DNA from: Tubiluchus corallicola
Lineage: Eukaryota; Animalia; Priapulida
Assembly: GCA_030141605.1 (NCBI GenBank)
Contig: JAQGDQ010000982.1
Location: 9,316 to 73,315 of the forward strand
Length of the DNA: 64,000 bases
Direction: 5' to 3'
Part shown: positions 14,313-29,760 of the stretch, piece by piece
Numbering within the stretch: the first letter of the stretch is position 1
How the letters are laid out: each line of letters starts with the position of its first letter
The notes under the pieces: model-generated
Told to the model about the DNA's origin: nothing
What the model saw: the letters and a program-made list of their open reading frames with translations, nothing else
Database searches by the model: none
Made by a program: the position numbers and the translations under genes

Positions 14313-15201
14313 TATTTTTATTATTATTATTATTATTATTATATTAGCATAAAGGTTTTGCTACAGCAAAATCTGTTTGAGACTCACCGACTCATCATAA
14401 TCTGTTTATTGGAAGTTACATTTTGCATTTACAAACAGAAAATTGATTTTTTTGCAAAAAATAATTAGAAACAATTTAATATTCAAATATTTCATCGTAG
14501 AATGTTTATGTTATAAGAAAAATGAAATATGTTAATTGGCGTTCAAATAGGCATTGAACTTAGAATGAACGCCTTCAGTGTGAAGATTCATAATCGCTAC
14601 AGGAAGCTTCATACATTCAGACAAAGTTGCTTATTGATTCACATATAAAACTTTCTGATTTAAATTGACTCCGTGTTTAGCACAGCGTTCATAATTAAAA
14701 AAAACGTCTTTACTCTTTGCTTTCTTGTCGAAAGCATTAAATTTTTATCTGATGTGAAGGTCGTTCATTGCTTTCTGCTTATTCGTAATTCAACTTCTAC
14801 ATCATGAGAAATGAAAAGTTACGGGTTTTTAATGGCGCGCCTCGCACGTGTTAAGCATTACAATTTAAAACGCTGCAAAGTTTGCTGGTCAATAAATCAG
14901 CTCAAGGTCGTTCTATATTTCTGGAAGCGTTTTGTAAAGTGGCATTTGCTTTTATAATTTGTCACTTTTATATTTTGCTGCTACTTTGCTGTTTGGAGTA
15001 TTACATTAGCTTAGTTTTTATAATGAACTCTTATCTTAGTTTACTTTGGATAATAGTTTTGCATGGATCGCATTTTTATTGTAATTAATTTGCAAAATTT
15101 GTTTTTAAGTTTAATTTCATTTTATCTGCTGCTTTTAAATTGCAGAATGAGTTTATGAGAATGCATCATGTAGGCGGGGTTGTTGTTGTTGCTGCTGTTG
15201 C

Positions 15202-15248
<47 letters not shown>

Positions 15249-15263
15249 TTGCTGTTTTTGTTT

Positions 15264-15297
<34 letters not shown>

Positions 15298-15471
15298 TGC
15301 TATTGTTGCTATTGTTGCTGTTGTCTGTTGTCTGTTGCTGTTGCTGTTGCTGTTGTCGTCGTTGTCGTTGTCGTTGTTGTTGTCATTGTTGTTGTTGCTG
15401 CTGCTGCTGCTGCTGTTGCTGCTGTTGTTGTTGTTGTTCCTGTTGTTCCTGTTGTTGCTGTTGTCTGTTGC

Positions 15472-15542
<71 letters not shown>

Positions 15543-15773
15543 TTGCTGTTGTCTGTTGCTGTTGCTGCTGCTGTTGCTGTTGTTGTTGCTGCTGTTGCTG
15601 TTGTTGTTGTTGCTGTTGCTGTTGTTGTTGTTGTTGTTGTTGCTGATACTGTTGTTGTTGCTGTTGTTGCTGTTGTCTATTGCTGTTGCTGTTGCTGTTG
15701 CTGCTGCTGTTGTTGCTCTTGCTGCTGCTTTTGTTGTTGTTGTTGCTGCTGCTGTTTCTGTTGTTATTGTTGT

Positions 15774-15825
<52 letters not shown>

Positions 15826-16140
15826 CTTGTTGTTGCTGTTGTTGTTGTTGCTGCTGCTGTTGCTGTTGTTGTTGTTGGTTTTGTTGTTGCTGCTGCTGTT
15901 GCTGGTGTTGTTGTTGCTTTTGTTGTTGCTGTTGCTGCTGCTGTTGCTGTTGTTGTTGTTGTTGCTGCTGTTGTTGTTCTTGTTGTTGCTGTTGTTGTTG
16001 TTGCTGTTGTTGTTGCTGTTGTTGCTGCTGCTGTTGCTGTTGTTGTTGTTGCTTTTGTTGTTGCTGTTGCTGCTGCTGCTATTGCTGTTGTTGTTGCTGT
16101 TGTCTGTTGCTGTTGTTGCTGTTGTTATTGTTGTTGGTTT
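9775..16140 (-). repeat. Right arm of large inverted repeat
   Basis: Mirrors 1-6360, including the (GACT)n, (TTG/CTG)n and (TTA)n tracts in reversed order. The inner part is near-identical; the outer part has substitutions and indels. Confidence 0.95.
15179..16135. repeat. Compound (TTG/CTG)n microsatellite, mirror of 1-852
   Basis: Directly visible; source of several low-complexity ORFs. Confidence 0.95.
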
Positions 16141-16549
16141 TACTTGCAGAATTTCTTTCAATTTGTAGTACTCCTTTCACTTGTAATTTTAAATCATTTT
16201 ATCTGCTACTTTTAGATTACCAGTTAAACTTCCGATTGATTATCGAGTGAAACTGTTTGCATATATGATTGCATTACAAAGTAATTGTACATTTGAAAAA
16301 TTACAATTATTAACATTTTCATTTTGTCAAACATTAAAATTTTATCTTAGTGTGTTATTTTGTTTATGAATTTATGTTTACAGATGTATTTCGTAATAAT
16401 ATTAACTGAAAAACATTTTCCATCTTCTTAGCTTCAGATACTGCGAAATTTTACTATTAAAAGTTGGTGAATAGAGTAATGATTGGTTTTGAAAGGAAAT
16501 TTTTCAAAGAATAATAGATTTTCAAATAGATTTCAAAGATTTTCAAATG

Positions 16550-19240
<2,691 letters not shown>

Positions 19241-19409
19241 TAGTGGTGACTGAGTGGCGAAACTTTTAAATTTACAGATTAAAGGTTTTTCTTTGATTTT
19301 GCGCGTAGCATAAATATTTTTAACTTATTGCTTATAAGGCAAAGTGTGAGGTGGGAAATTGCTCAAATACTGTAACTAAAAGCAGAATCTTTGTACGCTG
19401 ACTATTTGA

Positions 19410-19635
19410 TACGCATGCACATATGCCCACATGTAATGTGCACACACGCACACATCATCTTACATAAACACACACACTCAAATCACACATGCACATTATG
19501 CAGCACATACACCCACACGTAATGCGCACACACCACACATGCATTCACACACACGTCATGTCGCACACACACACTCAAACCACGCATACACACACACACG
19601 CAAACCATGCATGCATTCACGCATACCCGCACATT
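19410..19635. repeat. Degenerate (CA)n-rich tract
   Basis: CACA/CGCA/CATG alternating purine-pyrimidine sequence. Confidence 0.8.
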
Positions 19636-20404
19636 ATATAGACTTTCACGTAAAGGCATTCTTTGAGACGTTTACACCAATAGTTATAGTAAACCCAGGT
19701 AATGGAATTCGATGCCATCATTAATCTTCCGTCTAGACTCTGTCATGTAACATTAATCTCTCTTGTGCATTATAGGCGTTACCAGCATTGCAGAAATGTC
19801 CTCGGGGGAAACTTTGGCTCACAATGTGAAAAACTTTAATTCAGCATAGCTGTTTGCACTTGTCAAAGAGTAAAACCGCTAAAAGATTTTAAACTCCATT
19901 CCCTGCATTTTCATGAACGTGAAGATATTGGAAACTAGTGAAACTATACAGACTATGCAGAATGAAGGTCATTTATTAAATATGCATGGAACAGCACATG
20001 GTATACTACATCCTAGTAAAAAAATAATGAATTGAAGAGAGACAATAAATGACGGATGAACACGTTATTTAGTAAACAAAAATGCTTGCTATGTTTCAGT
20101 TTTTCAGAATAATTCTACTATATAATACTGCTGGTTTATCATAACTCTGTAAAGATAAATAACACAGAAATACATTTACCTTGAGAAGATACTTTGGCCA
20201 GTAACCTTTTCTACTATTTTAGATTAGATCACTGAGCACGTACGAGACGCATCATAAATAATATAGAATCAACTTTCCCCTGATTTCACTTGACAAGATT
20301 GATGATTTTATTGTTGCCGTGCCGACAAAGGTAAGGCAATGAACGACCTTCAGATAAAACTGGTATGTAATTAAACTCAAGAGCCTAAAAACTACTTTTT
20401 AACG

Positions 20405-20453
20405 TTTTTGTTGTTTGTATTGCTGTTGCTGTTGTTATTGTTGCTGTTGTTGT

Positions 20454-20500
<47 letters not shown>

Positions 20501-20516
20501 TTATTGTTGCTGTTGC

Positions 20517-20586
<70 letters not shown>

Positions 20587-20590
20587 ATTG
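20405..20590. repeat. (TTG/CTG)n microsatellite
   Basis: Directly visible. Confidence 0.95.
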
Positions 20591-20789
20591 TCAATTTATC
20601 GCTTACCTTAAGGGGCATTTCGCTTTTTAAACTTTGGTAACCAAAAAGCAAATTAAAGTTGTTAAACGAAGTGTGTAAAAGAAGCCAGCTTATCAATCTT
20701 AAATAGAGTTTTGCAAGTTTTGTTGTTTGTTTTTGCACAATATTCTAAATGCCGTAATTGATTGACTGCAGCCACTTTTTGAGGTTTTT

Positions 20790-21150
20790 TTAAAATAAAA
20801 AATAAGATCCCGTGGCTCAACAAGTAAGATATTTATATCCAATACTTCAAAAAATTAATTAATCTATATAATTATGTATTTTTTATATAAAATATTCACT
20901 GAAATTTTAAATTGATTTGAACTTTTGATGGCGGCCATTTTATTTTCTATATTTGTTAATCCAAAATAACATGGCTCAGCAAGTAAGATATTTAAGTCCA
21001 GTGCTTCAAAAAATTAATTATTCTATGTATTATTTTATATAAATTTTTCCCTGGAAATTTAAATTGATTTGAACTTTGAATGGCGCCCTTTTTTCTATTT
21101 TTATTAATCCAAAGTAACATGGCTCAGCAAGATAAATATTTAAATCCACC
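20790..21150 (+). repeat. ~150-160-bp degenerate tandem repeat (~2.3 copies)
   Basis: TGGCTCA(A/G)CAAG..ATATTTA..TCCA at about 20813, 20972 and 21120. Confidence 0.8.
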
Positions 21151-21550
21151 TTCGCTAAGCACTATGCAATAAATACATAGCTAAGAAGACGTTGTGCTGC
21201 CATCTGACGGCAAAAACCAAAATTACATTTGTCTGACTTTCTAGTAAACTTTTCTGCGTTTACAGATCATATAATCTGTCATGTTGTTAAGTTAAGGTAA
21301 GGTTAACTGAACCAATAATCTTACGTTACGCCAAGATACGACCAATCAACTGCTGGTGTTGATGCACCAATGAGCACATGTGGGCGTGAGTATTCACAGG
21401 CAGTGACTTATGGGCGTGGTTTCTTTAACGTATTTAACCGCAAAAGGAGCGCTGCTTACTTCTCTTGCGCTAAACTCAACACTGTGCAAAAATTGCTGTG
21501 AATAAAACACCGTCTTGTTCTTTTCGTTTTTAATCTGCACAGGTAACAGA

Positions 21551-23174
21551 AGTCAGGTTTTGTAAAATTGTTTTTGTAAATGTCAACATTTTTGGGAGTT
21601 TCTCACCACATTTTGTGCAAATATCTCGAGAGGTGATTTTGTTGGGAAAATTTTTTGAACGTTAGCATTTCACTATACTTTTGTTGTGTTAATATTTTCG
21701 GAATTTCTTATTTCTAATGTGCAATATGTGAATTTTAGTGAGATTTCAATATTATTTCTGTGGTAAAATTCGCATAAATAAAAATAGATATCGAGCTTGT
21801 GCGCACGTTTCTAGTTTTTTGTGAATAACAGAGTTTCAACGTTTTTGTGAAATATTTTGTGACGCAAGTGAATTGGATATTAACTGAGCGCAGATGTGAA
21901 TAAAATGTCGTTGCAGCATTCTTTTGCTTTTTCTAACGGTAGGGTCAATTGGCTGAATAACCCGTTTTTTGGTGTTGGACCAAATAGGACCAAAATTTGG
22001 GCACTGCTAAGGGATTAATTATGACGTTAAAAATATGCCACCATTTTTTCCAAAATTAATAGGTAGGATTTAGTCCAGGATGATGAAAAAATGCTCACAT
22101 TGATTCAAAAGCATGAAATTTTTGCACAGTGCCAGAGCTCATTAAGGTAATTAATTTTGATTATTGAGTCAATTGATTTTTTTTCAATGGCTGGCAATAG
22201 GTCTGCTGCTAGCTTATAAGGGCTATATTTTGGCTGTCAGAACATACATGATAATATAAGTTCTCAAGGTCTAAACATGGTGTCTAAATATAGGTTCTCA
22301 AGGTCAAGGAATCCACATCTGATGCCTAAATGCCCCTATAATATCACTTTATTCTAAGATGGCGCCTAAGAAGGCTGCAAAGTTTGCACAAAATAACGGA
22401 ATGGTCATTTTAGTCAATTGCAGCCATCTTTTTGACGTCATAATTAGACCCTTTGCAGTGACTAAATTTCGGCCTAATTTGGGTATGATATTTTCTGGAC
22501 AAATATTACTAGATAACAGAAAAGCGTTTTCTAGTAATCTTTTAGGATTAAGGCAATTTTTTCCCTTATATTGACACTACTATAAAGTGCTTGACTTTCT
22601 TATTTCACTTCAATTCGAGCTGTTGTCAAAAGCAAATATCTAATGTTTCAAAGCCTGATATTCCATGCTTGCAATGGATGTAATTGAGTTCATCGGCCAT
22701 TAGCCATGCATATCTTTTAAACAATTATAATCTCTATTAATTTATCTATTAATTATTTTTTGTCTCATAACTCATTCCACATAATTTTTTAAACTTCACT
22801 TTCTGGTGCTCAAGCTTTATTTTTTATTGATTTTATTTCCCAGTTGTTATTAAATTGGTTAACATAGATTATTATCCTCAACAGCTATAGTCTGTACATC
22901 TATTAGGCATTTAGCTTATCATGAAAGTGTGCACTTTGCCATGGCATCGTTCTGCCAGATATCATTTCAGCAGTGAACCATTTCGTCACATAATAATTTT
23001 GCAGTCTATCATTTTGCCGTTGCATAAGTAGAGATGGTGTTTCAAAGTTTCCAATTTCAAAGCCTCCTTTCATTGACTGAAAATAATGGAATATTAGACA
23101 GCTTATGGCTCTGTGATAGTTATTTGTTTTGTTTTAACAGTTTAGAACTCTGAAGGATTTGTGTTAATATTGTT
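21551..23174 (+). repeat. Partner copy of 8195-9774; possibly part of a non-autonomous DNA element
   Basis: Collinear reverse-complement match with scattered substitutions and indels; ~21737-21820 is absent from the other copy. Element class not determined. Confidence 0.85.
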
Positions 23175-24145
23175 TGAAAAAACAATTTTTCTAAAATCTA
23201 CTTGGAAAACAACAAAAAACCAAGAACAGTATAAAGTAAAATTTCTATTGTTTACAATCTTTGTAGACTGTAGCTGTTGTTTGTTATGTTTTGATACATG
23301 TTGTTTGTTTTGTTCTTATGGTGGTTGTGAGGCTCGTGATTCCGTGTGAACAGCCACGAGGGCATAGCAAACTACCAAAGCTTTTTAAATAAAACTGCAC
23401 ATTTATTAAACATAGACACAGTATAAAAAGAGGGATAGACATGCCAGCCCTCAGACTTTCAAGTTAGTTCCTAATCTGGAAGAGGTGCTGGCTACAATTC
23501 CTTTTGTTTAATTACCTAGTGCGCACTGGGCTTCTTCGCATAGCAGTTACATCATCTATCTACAGTCGTGAAGAATCCTTCTAAATGGGTCATGTATCAT
23601 GTGGTACGCCACACCTAAGTGGGCTTCTGGCTTGAATCTTTAATTTAATATTTAACCTTGAATCATCAATTTGATATTTTAACCTTGAATCATCAATTTA
23701 AAACACGCTCTCTTTAATCATAACCAAAGGCTGCATTTCGCTATTTAACAAACACTCTGTCTTTATAAAAGCCAAAAGACGACCAGTGAAGTGCATAAAA
23801 TTGAGATTAATATCCCAGACCCCTTGACCATAGTCACATGGGTCACAGGCACTTGAGGTCTACCATAAATGTGCCATATTTGATCAAAGTACCAAGCCTT
23901 CGTTTTGAGTTATCAATTAAAATATGAGTCATTGTGATGTAAACAATAACGCGTTAAACATGAAATTTTCTGAATGCGTTTGTATTTCTGTTGTGTAAAA
24001 TATTTATCACAAATTTCTAGCTAAACAAAAACTGTCTTGCCATTTTAGCGTCATTCAAGTTCTGTGCTTGTAAAGGAGATCAAATGGTGCGAACTTGCCA
24101 CTCTCATCTGTTACAGTTTCAAAAGTCCCATTTCCAACTTCAGAA

Positions 24146-24465
24146 ACTCATACTCAGTGCAAAGATTACACTGAACAATGTAAAGTCAACACTCGTACTC
24201 AATGCAAAGAGCACACTGAACAATGTATAGTCAACACTCATACTCAATGCAAAGTTCACACTGAACAATGTATAGTCAACACTCATACTCAATGCAAAGT
24301 TCACACTGAACAATGTATAGTCAACACTCATACTCAATGCAAAGATCACACTGAACAATGTATAGTCAACACTCATACTCAATGCAAAGTTCACACTGAA
24401 CAATGTATAGTCAACACTCATACTCAGTGCAAAGATCACACTGAACAATGTATAGTCAACACTCA
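24146..24465 (+). repeat. 45-bp minisatellite, 7 copies
   Basis: Unit ACTCATACTCAATGCAAAG(T/A)TCACACTGAACAATGTATAGTCAAC at 24146, 24191, 24236, 24281, 24326, 24371 and 24416. Confidence 0.95.
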
Positions 24466-27400
24466 CACTAATTTTTAATAAAATATTTTGCAGTTCACTT
24501 GCAACTTAATATCAATCAGTCATATCAAACTAAATTAAAATATAGTAGTAGTTGTTTGTCCCAATATTTTATTGTTAAGTTGTTTGAGTTGCCGTTTTTC
24601 TGTTTCAGATTTTAGAAGTTGCTGATGAGGGAAAAAACTTGCTGTTTTCAGAGCTTGAGGGTAAATTTCGTGCATATAATATAATAATTTTTGATATCTC
24701 ACCTCTTTCGTTTGTCAATTATTATAAGGACCAGAAGAAACTTTCGATAAGCTTTCCTTGAATTTCTACCTTCTGGTACCTCTGTATCTATAAATCTTAT
24801 TATGAATTCCCTATTCCTTTCTAACCGCTCCATCTTCATTTCACCATGCAGCCAAAACTATCAGTTTCCGCACCAATGTTAATTAGATGTTATTAGATGT
24901 TGTAAACATGGTGTCTTTCTAAATTGTGTCATTGCATAGGTACCACCTTTGTCATTTTAAAGCAAATATAGAAAAGCTGTTACTACATGTATCTGCAAAT
25001 GAAATAGACAGTAAGTCCATACTTTTGTAGAGAATGAGCACAGAATACGTACAGAATGAGTTATTACATGTAATCAACTGTTATACATGTTTTTATAAGT
25101 TAATTTTTAATAAAATATTTTGCACTTCACTTACAACTTAACATGAATCAGTCATATCAAACTAAATTAAAATATAGTAGTAGTTGTTTGTCCCAATATT
25201 TTATTGTTAAGATGTTTGAGTTGCCGTTTTTCTGTTTCAGATTTTAGAAGTTGCTGATGAGGGAAAAAACTTGCTGTTTTCTAGTGTCAAGTCAGTTGCC
25301 TATTTCTTCTGTTTCGTCAATGGCAGTTGTTAGCAGGTGCTACATGCATAAAGCTTACATAGGCTTACTATTACTTGAGAAGAACAGTATTTGTTCCAAA
25401 CATTTAGGTAAAGATCACAACTTGTTTCCTAGTCTAAAATGAAGTACAGTGCAATGTTAATAATAATGTTTCCTGTATGTCAAATCACAGAGGCAGCGCA
25501 AACGTCTTTTCCTTTGCTTATCACCTCTTTGAGTGAATGTGCTCTGCCCTGTGCCTCACCTCTTTCTTTACCAAAGGAAGTATTCAAAAATTATGTAAAT
25601 GATTTCTCTAATTATGGCGCTTCGTGGTTCAAATTTAGAAAGCATAAGCTAATATGCTTTGTCACGTTCGCACAACATGTGCTTCTGTAAAGGTAGAGCA
25701 AAGGCATATAAAAAAATGTTGCGTGTTAAAAATGGTTGCAACGAAGAAACACAAAAGAAGCTATTACCAAATATTTCAAGAATTAAGAGCAGACACGACC
25801 AAATGATTTTTTAAATTACAAGCAAATGACACCAACAATGTTTAGCGACCTGCTAGATAAAATGAAAATTTCACCTGTCATACAAAAGAGTAATACCTAC
25901 GTCAGAGCTTGAGGGTAAATTTCGTGCATATAATATAATAATTTTTGATATCCCAGCTCTTTGGTTTGTCAATTAATATAAGGACCAAAAGAAACTTTCG
26001 ATAAGCTTTCCGTGAATTTCTACCTTCTGGTACCTCTGTATCTATAAATCTTATTATGAATTCCCTATTCCTTTCTAGGCGCTCTGTCTTCATTTCACCA
26101 TGCAGCCACAAACATCAGTTTCCACACCAATGTTAATTAGTTTTTACTAGATGTTGTAAAAATGGTGTCTTTTTTAGTTGTGTCATTGCATAGGTACCAC
26201 CTTTGTCATTTTAACGCAAATATAGAAAAGCTGTTACTACATGTATCTACAAATGAAATAGACAGTAAGTCCATACTTTTGCAGAGAATGAGCACAGAAT
26301 ACGTACAGAATGAGTTATTACATGTAATTAACTGTTATACATGTTTTTATGAGTTGTTGTTAATTTTGCTAAACAATTGTTAAGTTAATTTTTAATAAAA
26401 TATTTTGCAGTTCACTTGCAACTTAATATGAATCAGTCATATCAAACTAAATTAAAATATAGTAGTAGTTGTTTGTCCCAATATTTTATTGTTAAGATGT
26501 TTGAGTTGCCGTTTTTCTGTTTCAGATTATAGAAGTTGCTGATGAGGGAAGAAACTTGCTGTTTTCTAGCGTCAAGTCAGTTGCCTATTTCTTCTGTTTC
26601 GTCAATGGCAGTTGTTAGCAGGTGCTACATGCATAAAGCTTACATAGGCTTACTATTACTTGAGAAGAACAGTATTTGTTCCAAACATTTAGGTAAAGAT
26701 CACAACTTGTTTCCTAGTCTAAAATGAAGCACAGTGCAATGTTAATAATAATGTTTCCTGTATGTCAAATCACAGAGGCAGCGCAAACGTCTTTTCCTTT
26801 GCTTATCACCTCTTTGAGTGAATGTGCTCTGCCCTGTGCCTCACCTCTTTCTTTACCAAAGGAAGTATTCAAAAATTATGTAAATGATTTCTCTACTTAT
26901 GGCGCTTCGTGGTTCAAATTTAGAAAGCATAAGCTAATATGCTTTGTCACGTTCGCACAACATGTGCTTCTGTAAAGGTAGAGCAAAGGCATATAAAAAA
27001 ATGTTGCGTGTTAAAAATGGTTGCAACGAAGAAACACAAAGGAAGCTATTACCAAATATTTCAAGAATTAAGAGCAGACACGACCAAATGATTTTTAAAT
27101 TGCAAGCAAATGGCACCAACAATGTTTAGTGACCTGCTAGATAAAATAAAATTTCACCTGTCATACAAAAGAGTAATACCTACGTCAGAGCTTGAGGGTA
27201 AATTTCGTGCATATAATATAATAATTTTTGATATCTCACCTCTTTGGTTTGTCAATTATTATAAGGACCAGAAGAAACTTTCGATAAGCTTTCCTTGAAT
27301 TTCTACCTTCTGGTACCTCTGTATCTATAAATCTTATTATGAATTCCCTATTCCTTTCTAGGCGCTCTGTCTTCATTTCACCATGCAGCCACAAACATCA

Positions 27401-29465
27401 GTTTCCACACCAATGTTAATTAGTTGTTACTAGATGTTGTAAAAATGGTGTCTTTTTTAATTGTGTCATTGCATAGGTACCACCTTTGTCATTTTAAAGC
27501 AAATATAGAAAAGCTGTTACTACATGTATCTACAAATGAAATAGACATTAAGTCCATACTTTTGCAGAGAATGAGCACAGAATACGTACAGAATGAGTTA
27601 TTACATTTAATTAACTGTTATACATGTTTTTATGAGTTTTTGTTAATTTTGCTAAACAATTGTTAAGTAAATTTTTAATAAAATATTTTGCAGTTGACTT
27701 GCAATTTAATATGAATCAGTCATATCAAACCAAATTAAAATATAGTAGTAGTTGTTTGTCCCAATATTTTATTGTTAAATTGTTTGAGTTGTCGTTTTTC
27801 TGTTTCAGATTATAGAAGTTGCTGATGAGGGAAGAAACTTGCTGTTTTCGAGTGTCAAGTCAGTTGCATATTTCTTCTGTTTGGTCAATGGCAGTTGTTA
27901 CCAGGTGCTACATGCATAAAGCTTACATAGGCTTACTATTACTTGAGAAGAACAGTATTTGTTCCAAACATTTAGGTAAAGATCACAACTTGTTTCCTAG
28001 TCTAAAATGAAGTACAGTGCAATGTTAATAATAATGTTTCCTGTATGTCAAATCACAGAGGCAGCGCAAACGTCTTTTCCTTTGCTTATCACCTCTTTGA
28101 GTGAATGTGCTCTGCCCTGTGCCTCACCTCTTTCTTTACCAAAGGAAGTATTCAAAAATTATGTAAATGATTTCTCTACTTATGGCGCTTCGTGGTTCAA
28201 ATTTAGAAAGCATAAGCTAATATGCTTTGTCACGTTCGCACAACATGTGCTTCTGTAAAGGTAGGGCAAAGGCATATAAAAAAATGTTGCGTGTTAAAAA
28301 TGGTTGCAACGAAGAAACACAAAGGAAGCTATTACCAAATATTTCAAGAATTAAGAGCAGACACGACCAAATGATTTTTTAAATTGCAAGCAAATGACAC
28401 CAACAATGTTTAGTGACCTGCTAGATAAAATAAAATTTCACCTGTCATACAAAAGAGTAATACCTACGTCAGAGCTTGAGGGTAAATTTCGTGCATATAA
28501 TATAATAATTTTTGATATCTCACCTCTTTGGTTTGTCAATTATTATAAGGACCAGAAGAAACTTTCGATAAGCTTTCCTTGAATTTCTACCTTCTGGTAC
28601 CTCTGTATCTATAAATCTTATTATGAATTCCCTATTCCTTTCTAGGTGCTCTGTCTTCATTTCACCATGCAGCCACAAACATCAGTTTCCACACCAATGT
28701 TAATTAGTTGTTACTAGATGTTGTAAAAATGGTGTCTTTTTTAATTGTGTCATTGCATAGGTACCACCTTTGTCATTTTAAAGCAAATATAGAAAAGCTG
28801 TTACTACATGTATCTACAAATGAAATAGACATTAAGTCCATACTTTTGTAGAGAATGAGCACAGAATACGTACAGAATGAGTTATTACATTTAATTAACT
28901 GTTATACATGTTTTTATGAGTTTTTGTTAATTTTGCTAAACAATTGTTAAGTTAATTTTTAATAAAATATTTTGCAGTTCACTTGCAACTTAATATGAAT
29001 CAGTCATATCAAACTAAATTAAAATATAGTAGTAGTTGTTTGTCCCAATATTTTATTGTTAAGATGTTTGAGTTGCCGTTTTTCTGTTTCAGATTATAGA
29101 AGTTGCTGATGAGGGAAGAAACTTGCTGTTTTCTAGCGTCAAGTCAGTTGCCTATTTCTTCTGTTTGGTCAATGGCAGTTGTTACCAGGTGCTACATGCA
29201 TAAAGCTTACATAGGCTTACTATTACTTGAGAAGAACAGTAATTGTTCCAAACATTTAGGTAAAGATCACATCTTGTTTCCTAGTCTAAAATGAAGTACA
29301 GTACCATGTTAATAATGATGTTTCCTGTATGTCAAGTCACAGAGGCAGCGCAAACGTCTTTTTCTTTACTTATCACCTCTTTGAGTGAATGTGTTCTGCC
29401 CTGTGCCTCACCTCTTTCTTTACCAAAGGAAGTATTCAAAAATTAGGTAAATGATTTCTCTAGTT

Positions 29466-29760
29466 ATGGCGCTTCGTGGTTCAAAATTTAGAAAGCATAA
29501 GCTAATATGCTTTGTCACGTTCGCACAACATGTGCTTCTGTAAAGGTAGAGCAAAGGCATAGAAAAAAATGTTGCGTGTTAAAAATGGTTGCAACGAAGA
29601 AACACAAAAGGAAGCTATTACCAAATATTTCAAGAATTAAGAGCAGACACGACCAAATGATTTTTTTAAATTACAAGCAAATGACACCAACAATGTTTAG
29701 CGACCTGCTAGATAAAATGAAAATTTCACCTGTCATACAAAAGAGTAATACCAATGTCAG
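29466..29760 (+). pseudogene. Decayed 5' fragment of a PIF/Harbinger-like transposase (representative copy; present in each full satellite unit)
   Basis: Joining frames across unit variants gives MALRGSKFRKHKLICFVTFAQHVLL..(R/Q)RHRKKCCV/KWLQRRNTKGSYYQIFQELRAD/PNDFLNYKQMTPTMFSDLLDKMKISPVIQKSNTNVR. This matches the remembered Harbinger N-terminal pattern WVxxWLxRR..G.Y..LxxELR..D...FxNYxRM....F..LL....P.I.K.dT..R. Confidence 0.7.

Noticed and set aside
24095-24478. Cys/His-rich repetitive ORF (THTQCKVHTEQCIVN)n; also a possible CRISPR-like array
   Set aside because: A head-to-tail 45-bp minisatellite that is open on both strands, has no unique spacers and has no cas genes nearby in this eukaryotic context.
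25490-25590. Minus-strand SFGKERGEAQGRAHSL, faintly like the LINE RT motif ERGVRQG..LSP
   Set aside because: Too short and weak, with no flanking RT motifs.
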